From the NCBI RefSeq assembly GCF_009914755.1, contig NC_060937.1: a stretch of 64,000 nt of DNA; one strand, written 5' to 3'. Position 1 is the first letter of the stretch. Each line of letters begins with the position of its first letter. Source of the stretch: the human T2T-CHM13v2.0 reference genome, Homo sapiens. The notes under the pieces are model-generated. The model worked only from the letters and a program-made list of their open reading frames with translations. It did no database searches and was not told the origin of the DNA. A program made the translations under genes and the position numbers. Positions 26,303 through 39,960 of this stretch are shown piece after piece.

Positions 26303-27384
26303 GAAATCTGCCTCCTTTAAGATGTACCTACCATTCAAATAGTATTAAGATACCCATAAAGCCGCAGCTTTCAAGCAAACTAACCTTTTTAATCTCTCTT
26401 AATTTACTTATTACTTAATTATATGCCTTCTTATAGTTTTTAACAATTTTATTTTACAATCACCTTTAAACATCCCATAGCACTGTGAGTTATGTATGGT
26501 AGATATTATGTTCTATATTTTACAGATGAAGATTCTAACATAAAAATTTAACTTATTTGCCTGATTGAAACTCAGATCTTTAACAGAGGTCTGAAGTGCT
26601 TTCTACTACATTTAAATCATGAACATACTTCTATATTTTCTTTTCAATCTTGTTTCACTTAAGTAAGTTTTGGCAAATGATGTAATTGTCTTAACTAGGA
26701 AAGCTTGTGTATTTCAATGTTTATTTGTGTACTAATAAATCATGCTCACACAAACAATGGAGAATATACAATATGACTTGGGGACATAAGTTTACTGGTT
26801 GTAAATTATTTCCCAAAATATATGTTGCATTTAGAATGTAAAAATGGCTAATGAAAACTATATCTTCTCTGCAGCCAAATTTGGCTGATTCCTAACAGTT
26901 TATATTTTTTCTCATGTTTTTTACCCATTTTAGAATAAATGGTTTCTAGGATAAAATAAATTAATCAATTTTAGCTTCATTTTCTAAAATACTTTTTGAC
27001 AATGATTTTAAATATGAAATATACAAAAACTTGAACTGACTACAGATTGATCATTTTTATTTTTTTAAACTTGAAATTCTATAGTTGTCCATTTTACAGC
27101 CAATTACGCAAAAAACCATGACTTGTGTGCAGTTATTTATGAATAAAAAAAGATCTACTTTAGAAGTTCTCTCTCAGGTAAACAATGTGCCACTTGAAAA
27201 ATATCATTTCTGTTTGCAAAAACAAATTAGACACTAAGTGTTACCTAGTGGGTAGAGATACAGGCTTCCAGACTGTCTGTCTGCCTAAGCATTTCTTCTA
27301 TATTTGGTTACTGATGTCCTCAGGTTTGAACTGCTTGGAATTCTTTCCCAGCCATATTATATACATGTGTGTACATATGTTTCA

Positions 27385-27480
27385 ATTTATAAAGAAAAGA
27401 GGTTTAATTGGCTCATGGTTCTGCAGGCTGTATAAGCATGCGGTGGGCATCTACTTGGCTTCAGGGGAGGCCTCACAGAG
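27385..27480 (-). mobile_element. THE1/MST LTR fragment
   Basis: 'tttataaagaaaagaggtttaattggctcatggttctgcaggctgtataagcatg'. Confidence 0.8.
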
Positions 27481-29637
27481 CTTTTATTCATGCTTCCCAT
27501 ATAATTTGACATCAGCCTACTGTAAACAAAATAGTTACTAGTGCTAGCTGGGACATCTTTCTTGGTCAAAGACATTATAGGTTGCCCAAACTGTCATATA
27601 AAACATAGGCTTAAGCAGAGAAAACTGGTGTAAAAAGAATATGCATTGTTCAAGTACAGTTGAAATGTTTCACATTCAAAAGTATTTTGATTATCCAGAT
27701 TTTTCTTAAAACCTGTCTTTTGCAATTACATGAAGGTTGGTGAAAAGCGCCTTTTCCTTGGTCACTTTCAAGGATACCTTAAGGTGAATATGGTTTTGTG
27801 GATATAGCCTCCATCTCTTGGGAAGATGTTAAGCTACTTGCGTCAAGAACCATCTTAAATTTATTATGAAGTGCTATATTACCTTGCACCTACCTGGGGT
27901 TATGAACAATGATTAATTAACTTGGTATGTTCACTAGTTGAAAATGGAGTTTTTTCTCAATATTGATCAAAGTACTCTTATATTGTGCAGTTGAAACCTA
28001 CTAAAATGAGAAAAACTAGAATCTTATCTAGGACACATTAAACCCTCACATTATTAAAAAAACAAACAAGTGTATTATACTCAGATGATGGTTCATATAT
28101 TGCATTGTTGTCAAGCTGAATAAGAAGAAAACAGGTTATATTTTATTACATTATCAACCCAAATTATCCTTTCAAAACAGAAGAGATTTAAAAAGTAATT
28201 TTTGTATTACAGTATAAATTTAAAAAGAAAATAGAGTTATAATACAGTTATTATGTCCAAGGACACCAGAAATCACATAACCATGAATTGTTTTTAAATA
28301 GTAAATAGATGTTTCATTTTTCAAAGTTAGGTTTTATATAATAACCCCCTCTTCTAATTCCTCATGATCCTTCATACAAGGAATATAATTTTCTATCTTT
28401 CTGGAAAAGAAAAATATTGTGTTGACATTCCGCAAAACACAGTGCACGTCATTGGAGCAACATCTCACAGCCCATTCTTTTCTGATATAAAGTGGCTATA
28501 ATGCATTATCTACTGCTGAAGGAAGTGAAGCAGACTAGTTAATATCACCCAGAAGTATATTGGGAAGAAAAAAAGACAGGATCCTTAGATTTTATTTCTG
28601 CATATTCAGCTGGGAAGAAACACAATTTTGAATTGCAAGGTTTTCACAAAATATAAGCTGGAACTCCACCTTTTATTCAGGGTGCCAAAACATGACACCA
28701 ATCTTCTGCTTGAGCATGTACATTAATAGGAAAATTGTTGCCTCCCAAAATAGTCCATTTAGTTTACTTTCTATGTTGTTGTTATTAATGGTTGTCATTT
28801 CCTGGGCACTCACTCTTTTATACATCCAAAAAGGATGCAATGTAAATTATTCCTTCCAACTTCATTCCATCTAAAAATTTTCCCTTTTTCAGGCAAGTGC
28901 TATATCACTCCTACAAATAATATTTTCTGTAACATGATTTCTAAGCCCTCTCTTATACCTAGCAAACTGATTGACAAATAATCAGCATGGTAATAGGTGT
29001 TAAACTGAATAGTACTGGTTGCTCTCTTTAATCTAAAATTGTTTGCCAATGATCTTTGTAAAACAGATGTTCAGAATTTAACAAAAGATATGTAGAACAT
29101 GGTGGGATATTACTCCACTTAAAAACCATAAATCTTTTAATAGACATTTTAATGTTGTTAGATTTTGAGGCATCAAATGAATACCAATTCATATTGAGAT
29201 AACATTATTTCAATTGATATTTTTTTGAGGTTGTGTTTTCCTCATTCTGTAGTTACCTCTCTGAATTTATTCTAATCATCATTGAAGTCTTCATTATTAA
29301 TTATTCATTTTATCTTTATTATTTCTGACCAACATTTCAGTATGTTAGAATATGGAAATTAAAGTAATTGAATTACATTTTTATATGTACTCCCTACTTT
29401 GGCTTTGTGCAAAGGGCCATTATTGAATGAAGAATAAATATAAAATTATCTAATAGCTTTCATCTGGATCTCCCAGTATAGAACCATGAATTCAGAAGTT
29501 CTTGCTAGCATTCATATTGAGAATTTCAGTTTTTAATTCAGGTGAGTTGCAAAAAAAAATTCTGTGCCTCAGCTTGGTTTTCCATAATACAAGGATGCAC
29601 TGAATATCCTTCTACCACATTCAGATACTAAAGCTTA

Positions 29638-30145
29638 TGTGATGTAATATTGAGGGTCAACTTGATTGGATTGAAGGATACAATATTGATACTGGGTGTG
29701 TCTGTGAGGGTGTTGCCAAAGGAGATTAACATTTGAGTCAGTGGACTGGGAAAGGCAGACCCACCCTCAATCTGGGTGGCATAATCTTATCAGCTGCCAG
29801 CACAGATAGAATAAAAGTAGGCAGAAGAATATGAAAACACTAGACTGGCTTACTCTCCTGCCTATATCTTTCTCCTGTGCTGGATGCTTCCTGCCCTTGA
29901 ACATCAGACTCCAGTTTCTTCAGCTTTGGCCCTCTTGGGCCTTCGAACACAGACTGAAGACTGCGCTGTCGGCTTCACGACTTTGGAGGTTTTGGAACTC
30001 CAACTGGCTTCCTTGTTCTTCAGCTTGCAGACGGCCTACTGTGGGACGTCACCTTGAGATCGTGTGAGTCAATACTCCTTAATAAACTCCCCTTTATATA
30101 AATATCTATCCTATTAGTTCTGTCCCTTTAGAGAGCTCTAATACA
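29638..30145 (+). mobile_element. MLT2 (HERVL) solo LTR
   Basis: tgtgatg...gtcaacttgattggattgaagg...aataaactcccc...cctattagttc...ctaataca. Confidence 0.9.
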
Positions 30146-31699
30146 GCATCTCACTGTGACTCACCCAGAAACATATATCATGCCACACTGATCAGTGTCC
30201 CAACATATTGTCTGATATCAACCACCCCTGAAATGGCACTATCTGTCATCCACCTTTCTCCTAATACCTGCAATCTGGACCTTCCTGTACATTCTGCTTC
30301 TATGTGGCTGTCTAACCTGGTCATGGTCATCTGGCTTGAACTGTACCACAGTTCATCAAACCCCAGTTCTGATGTTTTAAAAAAATCAAAATGAAAATAT
30401 TTTAAGGTTCCCTTTTAAGGAATTTTGAAAGTAAAATTTCTTTACTCAGGAGAAGCTTCAAATGGGAAATATATTTCATGCTATTCAGGATTCCAATTTA
30501 TTTAAGGCTGGCTTAGGGCTGTTTAGGTTTTGGTGTTTTTATAAGTTGTATTTGAATAGTTACAGAACAAAATGCCCAATATTTGGGAAATAATATGCGG
30601 AAAGGGAGACAATTCTGCCTTTATCCATTCGTTAGTGATTTTCATGGCCCTTGAAATGCTGTGTTGACTTTTATATGATTATTATAGCAAACATCTGGGA
30701 TACCAGATGTGAGCAGACACATTAAGGGACATTTAATCTATACATTTAAGAATGAGTCAAGTTAATCAGAAATCTCATTTCACTTCTGAAAATGAGTTAG
30801 ATAAGCCAAATCAATAGTAAAAGTCTATACAATCTGGAAGACAAAAGATTTAAAAAGAGAACATATGGCACTTAAGAAATTTGTGTGTATGTGTGTTTAT
30901 ACACAAATACAAACCCATTTGCAAATTATATATGTTCCTGAGAGGGGAAGGCTAAATAAGTGAAGAAAACAATGCATATCTATATTATCTCCTTACATCA
31001 ATTATACAATAATTATATTTAAAAATATTGATCAGATGTAAACATTATAGTAAGTATGGCTGAAGTATACTATATATTTCATATGCTATGTTGCAAGTTT
31101 CAGAGATATTTTAGCTTCATCACTTATCTTCTGATTATTGTAACTTATGATAAATTAAGTGTGTTTGTGTGTGTATACATATATAGATTTATATATCCAT
31201 TATATGTATGATATTGAGAAAAATGAATATATCATGTGAACCTTTGTCCTCCAGTAAATTCTGCTAACAGGGATGTAATGGGCATCTCACTTGAACATTT
31301 TGAATGTTGAAACAACTAAGCAATTCCGGCTGCTGAAAAATATAATTGAACTCTGATCACCATGAAACAAAAATGTGTCTTTGCCTCACGTCAGTATATA
31401 ATCTAAACCAACATTTTCTAAAATCAACAGAAAACAAAAATATCCCCTTTTTCTTATAATATTTCATAAGAATTTACCCTCATACTTTAATATGTATAGA
31501 AATCAAGTTGTGAGTTAGCAAAAATTGTAGACCTCAGAGGCCCAAGGGTCAGAAATTTTGATTTCTTAAATCTGTGGTGCCTAGGAATCTGCACTTTGAC
31601 ACACACATAGAAAAACTCGGTGCTTTTTAACCATCTCTGGTTTTTATGTAAATGTATGAATACATGTATAAATTTACATAAATATGTAAAATTAAAATT

Positions 31700-32063
31700 T
31701 TTTAAATTTTTAAAAAATTATACTTTAAGTTCTGGGATACATGTGCAGAATGTGCAGGTTTGTTACATAGGTATACACGTGCCATGGTGGTTTGCTGCAC
31801 CCATCAATCCATCATCTACATTAGGTATTTCTCCTATTGCTATCCTTCCCTTAGCCCCATATCCCCCGACAGGCCCTGGTGTGTGATGTTGCCCTCCCTT
31901 TGTCTATGTGTTCTCATTGTTCAACTCCCACATATGAGTGAGACCACGTGGTGTTTGGTTTTCTGTTCTTGTGTTAGTTTGCTGAGAATGATGGTTTCCA
32001 GTTTCATCCATGTCCCTGCAAAGGACATGAACTCATCTTTTTTATGGCTGCATAGTATTCCAT
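31700..32063 (-). mobile_element. L1PA (about L1PA7) 3' end
   Basis: ttatactttaagttctgggatacatgtgcagaa... Flanked by taaaattaaa(a)ttt on both sides. Confidence 0.9.
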
Positions 32064-32108
32064 AAAATTAAATTTTATTTGCAGAATCCATGATTTTAAT
32101 TTACCTCC

Positions 32109-32652
32109 TGTGATGGTTAATATTGAGTGTCAACTCGATTGGATTGAAGGATGCAAAGTGTTGATTCTGGGTGTGTCTGTGAGAGTGTTGCCAAAAGAGA
32201 TTAGCATTTGAGTCAGTGGGCAGGAAAGGCAGACCCACCCTTAATCTGGGTGGACACCACTTAATCAGCTGCCAGTGTGGGTAGAATATAAAGCAGGCAG
32301 AAAAATTTGAAAAGACGAGACTGGCCTAACCTCCCAGCCTACACCTTTCTCCCATGCTGGATGCTTCCTGCCCTTGAACATCAGACTCCAAGTTCTTCAG
32401 TTTTGGAACTTGGACTGGCTTTCCTTGCTCCTCAGCTTGCAGATGGCCTATTGTGGGACCTTGTGATCCTGTGAGTTAATACTTAATAAACTCCCCTTGA
32501 TAGAGATAGATAAATAGATAGATAGATAATCTAGGATATATATATGATATATAGATATCTAGGATATCTATATATCCTATTTATGATATCCTATATCATA
32601 GATATCTATATATCATATAGATATATTCTAGATATCTCTCTATATATATACA

Positions 32653-32704
<52 letters not shown>

Positions 32705-32785
32705 AAGGGGAGTTTGACATATATATCAAGCTGATATCTATATATCCTATTAGTTCTATCTCTCTAGACAACCCTGACTCATACA
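32109..32785 (+). mobile_element. MLT2 solo LTR with expanded (GATA)/(TATC) microsatellite
   Basis: tgtgatggttaatattgagtgtcaac...accctgactcataca. Flanks cctcc/ccttc. Confidence 0.92.
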
Positions 32786-32839
32786 CCTTCTATTTTTAAT
32801 ATTTTGGTGTGAGTGTTTCACTTTATTCTCTTTTTAAAT

Positions 32840-33420
32840 AGCTGTTAGTTGAGAGCCTACTATGTTTCAGTCATGTACTGTTTGATAATACAAAGATGAA
32901 TAGAACCTTTCACTAAAGAGACTTTGAATCTAATAAAAGAAGTTTGTTAAAAATAACAAATAATGATATTAAAGTTTGACAAATAAAAATATGAACACAG
33001 CATAGTGGTAGCTATGTGAATGTTATAAATTTGAGGTTTTAGAAAAAAAGAAAAGCAGACTATCTCTTTCTTAGGAGGATCACAGAAATATTTTGTAGAT
33101 GTAATGCTTGAGCGAAAGCTTGAAAGAGAAATAAGAGGAACAAAATGGGCATTCTGCTCAGAGGGAAGAACAAACGTAGAGAGTGTAGTCAGGAAATAAT
33201 TGGAAAGAAATGTGCAGGAAGATTTGTACTTGATCATGAACTGCCTTTAAATCATACTGAAATATGTGGGTATTAGCTTTTCAGCAATGGAACCATTGCA
33301 GGATTTTAAGAAGAGTAATATGATTAGGCTTGTGTTTTAGAAAAAAAATCAATTAAGTGACAGTATGATGAAATTAGGGGCAGAGGCCATTTAATACTTC
33401 AAGAGACAAAAAAATGGGGC
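32840..33420 (-). mobile_element. L2 fragment
   Basis: 'ttgagagcctactatgtttcag', 'gaaccattgcaggattttaagaagag...attaggcttgtgttttagaaa'. Confidence 0.55.
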
Positions 33421-34255
33421 TTGAACAATTGCAGTAATTATAGGGCAGAAAAATAAGTATTTTATTCCCAATTTTATAATTCTGTAATAAAATAAACTTG
33501 GGTGATACATAAAAAAGCCTAAATTCAATTTGGAAAAGCACTTAGGTCTTCAAGAAGACATATATAAGAACAAGAAAATATTTGAAAGGAACTTGATAGA
33601 CACCACAATAAGTACATTGACTATACCAGATACACATAGAAAGTCAAAGCTACAGTACAGCTTAGAAGTGTCTTGTCCAAATCAGAGGAGAATGTGTTGT
33701 GCTTCTGGAGAGTAGGGTGTGTGACTAGAGAGCTTAGTGTGTCCATTGAAAAACTTTGAGCATGATACTGAAGGACTTAGTCTCATAGCAGGGATACTAG
33801 GGGCCATTTTTGTAATTTAGAAAGGATTTTCTACAGTTCAAAGAGAGTGAAAAGTTTGAGTTGGTAACAGTGTTTGACATGAATGAGAATATCATAGTAA
33901 AGCCTATATTTTCACGTTTTATTTCCTGTATTTGCCTCATCTTGGATTATGGGAAAACATAATGTAGTGATCTAGGCAGAACTCTTGAAATTATTAAAAC
34001 ATATGTGGTTAAACGTTAATGATAGGATTTTTCATGATTTCGTGCCACAGTAATTCATCTCAGGAATCCCTGGTTTAGATCATGTTAATCATAAGTAAAT
34101 CTTTACTGCATATATTTGTATATATCTATCTCTTTGCCTTTCTATCATCTATGTATCTATTTATGTATTTATGATTCTCTGTATTCATCCACATACATAT
34201 GGATAAACATACATACATATGCGTCATATACATGCCTACATACATATATACCCAC

Positions 34256-34819
34256 TGTGAAAACACATTCACCCATCCAAACCCAAAGAATGAACTCAGA
34301 GACACAAAGAACAGCAGAAGGAAGACTTATTTTATTTTATTTTTATTTTTATTTGTGTTTTTCTTTTCCAAGATGGAGTCTTGCTCTGTCACCCAGGCTG
34401 GGGTGCTGCGGCACGATCTCAGTTCAGGAACAAGAGTTTTAATGGCAGTCTTGCAAGATCAGGTGTCTGGTAGGTAGACAAACCCAGGGCAGTTACAGCA
34501 GACAATTTATTTCCTAGCACGCAAGTCCCTCCCCCAGTTTCTCATTGGTCAAGTACTATGGGTATACAATCTTCCTGGACTTTGGCTAAGTTTCATTATA
34601 CTCTTATAAGGTCATATCCTGTTCCCTTTCCCCATTTAAGTTTCGATTTCCCAGTAATGACACTTTATTCCCTTTTATGGGCTGACCCCTCCTCTAAACC
34701 CTGTTGCTTATCGTGACTTTGTAGGTGCATGAGCCCTGTAGTTTGTCACGTTTGCAGGCTGGTTGCCAGTACTTAGATTTACCATGCCCTGAAAATGGAG
34801 CATTAAATGGTTTCTTATG
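34256..34819 (-). repeat. Proviral 3' LTR, containing an Alu fragment
   Basis: Homologous to 42382-42837, roughly 85% identical by partial manual count. Confidence 0.93.
34329..34424 (-). mobile_element. Heavily 5'-truncated Alu inside the 3' LTR
   Basis: T-rich tail followed by agatggagtcttgctctgtcacccaggctgg. Absent from the 5' LTR. Confidence 0.88.
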
Positions 34820-34842
34820 AATTCCTCCTCTCCTTTTTTTTT
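34820..34842 (-). other. Polypurine tract
   Basis: The minus strand reads aaaaaaaaaggagaggaggaatt immediately before the 3' LTR. Confidence 0.85.
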
Positions 34843-34888
34843 AATCTTTTGGTCTCATTCTCATTTTAATCTTTGTGTCTTTTGGTCC

Positions 34889-36861
34889 TCAAGTCATTTT
34901 AGGACTATTTTCTTCTTCATAGTCTGATTTGGTGTCTAACAGCAGTAAGTTACTTCGCTGGTAGGTCACGGGCATTTGTTTGTTAATAGCTGTTTCAATT
35001 AACCTTTGTGCTAGTCCCCTTATACAAGGGATAATACAACATCCCCCTGCTGTTAAGACCCCTACTACAATTATGAGAGATGTAAGGATTGAAGCGACCG
35101 TGCCTTTCCATTTCCCAAACCAACTTTCTAGCCAATTAGTAAATGGGTCATCAATTCCAGCATTTTCTGCCAGTTCATTGGCTAAAGTTGTTAATCCTTG
35201 TAACACTTTTGTGATGCTTCTATCTAGGGCAGTATTGTTGGGAATGAAAGTACGACATATCTCACCCAGCATAACACATATGCCCCCTTTTTCTGCTAAT
35301 ATCTTGTCTAGTGCAAGCCTGTTTTCCCAGACTATTCGGCTGGTGGCCTCTAACTGGCTAGCTGCCCCTTTGAAGGTGTCCTGAGTGTAATTGATGAATC
35401 TCTGTTGATTATAGTAGATGTAATTAATCCACTCCACATTTTTATTAATAATTAACCACCAGAAGAGTGCTGACTCAAACCCAGCAGCTATTTGGCTTCC
35501 GGCCTTAAATTCATTAGGCACCCCCTAGCGACTCCTTTTGAGTCAACACATATATTGGGATCAAAAGAATTTGTCGAATCTCTACAGTTTCAATGGCCAT
35601 GTGTATTTTTGGGTATCTTATGGAATGCCAGGGTGAAGGGGATGGCCAGTTGAACTAAAGCACAAGTCCTGGTCCAATTGGATGGTAACAGGTTGCAGAG
35701 GTTCCTCTTCCCACAGTACCATCAGATATCAGCCTGGGGTATATGGAGAGCTGAGTAATTGCCATTGCCTGACTCACCAGTGATGTTTATGATGTGGATA
35801 CAAGTTGAGAGTTCTCCCATGGGTTTATTGAACTCTTCCTCCTGCCTAGAGAGGCAAGAAGAGTGATTCATGTTCCCTATAGAGAACGAGGGTATTGCTC
35901 TGGGATTTGACTTCCGCAATGCGGGAAAGAGCAATGACAGACTCTTACGAGTCTCATTTCCCCATGCATCCTTGTCCAGGTATACAGCCAACATGCAACA
36001 CATTCCTTCAGGATATGTATCCCATGCTAGGCGTCCCAAAGTGGCTCCCAAAGAATGAATCAATATTTTCTGCCTGAGGTTGTTCTGCAGCACAAGCGTA
36101 GCAGTTACTCTTGTTAATGGCTTCTACCAAAAATTTGACCCATTCGACCCAGGCATTCACATCTCTGTACGCTGTCTCAATTTCTAAGGTTTGCCTTAAA
36201 TCTTTTACTTCAATTATTTCTACTCTTTTAGGGTCATTATTTAGTGCACTAAAGTGTTTATTAGGGTCTTGGGTTGGAGTAATCTCAGGCAAATGGGAGG
36301 TTGAGTTCTTGATCAATTTGAGAATAAATCGCCTTAGGAGGTCTTTCTCTGTGCTATCTGCTCCTAACACATATACTTGAGATGCTACTTTTGCTCCTTG
36401 GTCTAGAATGGCTGGATTATCAATGGTTATGAGTATAGGATTGCATTCTAAATTCTGGCAGTTATTTGGCAGGGAGCCCTTGGACAGACGTATTATTCTT
36501 CAAGGGTCTCGAGCTCGGAGTTACCCACCCTGTGTTTACTGTCTAACCCTGGAATTGGGTAGTTCACCATACGTTATCCCAGCTGGGGCAGGGTGACGTC
36601 CTACTGTAACCTGTATCTTGTTCAGGGAAAAGATATTTATCTGCCTGCAGGAGCTGTCTCTCTCTGATTTTCTAAATTTCCACAAGGTAAAATCTGGCAG
36701 GCATCAAATCTTATAGTCTGGGGTGCTACCATCTTAGTTACATTAATCACTAACCTGATTGGGTAGGGAGGATTCCCCTGCCAATTTCCATTCTGACCTT
36801 TTGCTCTTTGTATAGTAACCCATACCAACCATATTAACTTCCAGAGATGAGGCCAGCCCAA
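34889..36861 (-). pseudogene. env: Retroviral env, disrupted
   Basis: Signal peptide (T)GWPHLWKLIWLVW, SU CXXC motif (CYAC), ISD ENRLALDKILAEKGGIC, TM helix ILTSLIIVVGVLTAGGCCII. SU carries stops and frameshifts. Confidence 0.92.
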
Positions 36862-36869
36862 GTTTTCCT

Positions 36870-39800
36870 TTTAGGTTTTTCTCAAAGTTAACTTTAAGGA
36901 TTCCTCAGGTGACCCATGCACTTTCCACTGGTCTTTTTCTCTCCCTTCCGGGGTCTTTTTTACAAGTCCCTTGACTTAAGTATAGTGAGTCCACCCCTAT
37001 TCAGCTGTTTGCACGGCCGTCTTGGTGGTCAGGAGCATTTGATAGAGACCTTCCCAGCTTGGGTGGAGCTTGTCTTCTTTCCAAGCCTTAATCAGTACCA
37101 AGTCACCAGGATGGAAGTGATGAACTGCAAACCCAAGAGGCAGAGTTTGAGTCAGAAGTCCTTTTAACCTAAGGGGTGACAGGGTGAAGAATATGGCCAG
37201 TACATAATTTCTTAACAATTGGTCCCTGGTTTCCATAGTAGGAAGATCTGTAGCTCTGCCCAAATATGAGAGTCCATATAATAACTGTTAGGGGGACAGT
37301 CCCAAGTCTTTCCTTGGGGCTGTCCTAATCCTAAGGAGTACTATTGGGAGACATTTGCTCCAAGGCTTTTTAGTTTTTAAGACGAGTTTAGTAATATGCT
37401 TTTTGAAAGTTTCATTCATTCTTTATACCTTTCCAGAGGAAAGGGGATGCCAAAGGTGTGATAATCCCATTTAATGTGTAAATCTTCCATAATTCCCTTT
37501 AGCACCCTTGAGGTAAAGTGGCTCCTATTGTCTGAACCAATATTTTCTACCAGGCCAAATCTGGGGATAATCTGCTCTAAGATTATTTTGCCCACATTCC
37601 TGGTGGAAGGAGTCAGGAAGGGGAAGGCCTCCACCCAGCTGGAGAAGTGAGTGGTCTACCATTACCAGTAAATATTTTAGTCTCCTTATTCTGGGCATTT
37701 CTGTAAAATATACTTGAATGCTGTGACACAGTCTTAGCCCAGGAGGTCTTCCTCCTATAGGCTGTTTTCTAATCACCTTTTTGTTTATTCTTTGACAGGT
37801 CATACAACCCCCACACACGTGTTTAGCAAGGTATAAATTCCTATACACCCATAATTTTTGAGTATTGCATCACACATAGCCTGGGGACCCAGTGACTTCC
37901 CTGGTGCAGTATGGACATCGGTTCTCTCATCATGGGCTTACTTATTATTTCTCTCCCATCAGGAAGTACACACATTCCCATCTTCAGTTTGAGGGGCCCC
38001 TATCTTGTCTAATTCTTCTTTCTCCTCTCGAGTAAATTTACCCCTTAATACTATCTTGGGGATGTATGGGATCTGGCTAAATAGTGTAATTTCTTCCTTC
38101 AGGGAGGCTTGCTTAGCAGCTTCATCTGTAAGCCTGTTTCCTACAGCTTCTATAGTGTTCCCTTTCTCATAGCCATTTACATGAACTATGGCTACCTCTG
38201 CTGGAAGCAGACAGCTTTCTAAAACCTGTTTGACCAGTTCTCTGTGTACCAATGCATTTCCCCTGCTATTTATCAGGCCCTGCTCTGTCCAGATTTTTCA
38301 AAAGTTGTGTACCACCCTATAGGCATATTTGGAATCAGTATATATAGTGCCTTCCTGGCCTTCAAGGAGCATTAGGGCCTGGTTAAGCACATATAATTCA
38401 CAGATTTCAGCCGACCAGCCATTAGGTAACCTACCTCCTTCACAATAAGATTGTTTGTCTCCATCAAAGATTGTATAACCATTATGTCTTTTGCCTTCTA
38501 TCACCTGGGACGATCCATCCAGGAACAGCCTTATTCCATTATGTAGTGGGACCTCTCTTAGGTCTGGTCTGACTTTGGTTTGGTATTCTATAATGTCTAG
38601 GCAGTTATGATCTGATGCCTCTTGACTCTCCTCTCCTTTCTACAGAAAACTGGCTGGATTTAGGCAAGTATCTGTTGTCAAAACCAAATAGTCTCTTTCT
38701 AATAATATGGCTTCATATTTTAGAATTTGGAAGTCTGTTCATCATCTACTGGCCCTTTGATTTTGTATACTGATGACCTGATGCAGAGTGTTCACTATCA
38801 GGACCCTGCCAAAAGTCAGCTTCCTGCTCTCTTCTACCAGTAGGGCAGTAGCAGCCACAGCCTGTACCCACTCAAGCTGTCCTCAAGAGACAGGATCAAG
38901 GAGTTTGGAAACAAAAGCAACAGTTGTCTTTTTCCTCCTAGAGTCTGGGTGAGCACCCAAGGGCCACACCCTGGCCTACTGTCACAACAGGTGGAATGGC
39001 TTCTCCAAAGAAGGGAGGGCTAAGACTGGGACTGTAATGAGGGCCTGCTTTAGCTCTTCTATTGACTGAATTTCATCTGGGGACCATTGCAAGGGATTGG
39101 GTTCCTCTTCTAGTAACTTGAGATATAGAATTCTTGCCTTTTGAGCATATGAGTCAATCCATAACCTAAAGTAGCCAGTTAAACCTAAAAAATTTCAGAG
39201 TTCTCTCTTTGTCTCAGGCAAAGGCAGACCCACTATTCCCAATATTCTTTCTGGGTTTATTCTCCACATGCCTTCACTAATCAGGTGTCTTAAATATTTA
39301 ACTTCTTTTTCCACAAATTACAATTTGTTCTTGCAGACTTGCAATCCCCTCTCCCCTAGGAAATTAAGCAAGCCTACGGTGGTTTCTAATACCTTGGCCC
39401 TCCTCTCCCCAGAAATTAAAAGATCATCTACATATTGTAATAACTGGGTTCACCTGGAGGGTTGGAATTCTCCTAGGACTTCTTCTAAGACTTGACCAAA
39501 TAAGCTTGAGGCCTCCGTGAAATCTTGTGGGAGCACAGTCCAGCAGTGCTGTTGTTTTCACCTAATTATGTGATTTTCTCTTTCAAAGGCAAAGAGGTCC
39601 CTACTTCTAAAGTCAAGGAGACACACCCAGAATGCATCTTTCAGATCCACCACACTGAACCACTTATGTTCATAGGGTACCTTACCAAGGAGGGTGTAGG
39701 GGTTAGGCACCACACGATGGTGGGTTTGGACAATTTGATTTATAGCCTTTAGGTCTTGCACCAATCTATATGAACCATCAGGCTTCTTGACTGGGAGGAT

Positions 39801-39960
39801 TGGAGTATTGTATGGTGACATGCAAGGTTCTAAGGGTCCATCTTTAATCAATCCCTCTATTACCGATTGGAGACTTCTCCTTTCTTCAATGGGAATGAGA
39901 TATTGCTTTCTGCAAACTACTTCTCCTGGTTGTTTTAGTTCAATCCGTAAGGGTGTGATA
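36870..39960 (-). pseudogene. pol: Retroviral pol (RT-RNase H-integrase), disrupted
   Basis: SPYNTPILPVKKPDGSYRLVQDL, VVDLKDAF, LPQDF, YVDD (39423-39434), RNase H DGS and YTDSKYA, IN CxxC, SDN, and GPY/F-like WEGLYQMLLTT. Multiple frameshifts. Confidence 0.93.

Noticed and set aside
29638-32785. Two co-oriented MLT2 LTRs as the ends of one ERVL provirus
   Set aside because: The intervening DNA is not recognisable ERVL internal sequence, and the second LTR has its own TSD-like flanks (cctcc/ccttc), so they are separate solo LTRs.
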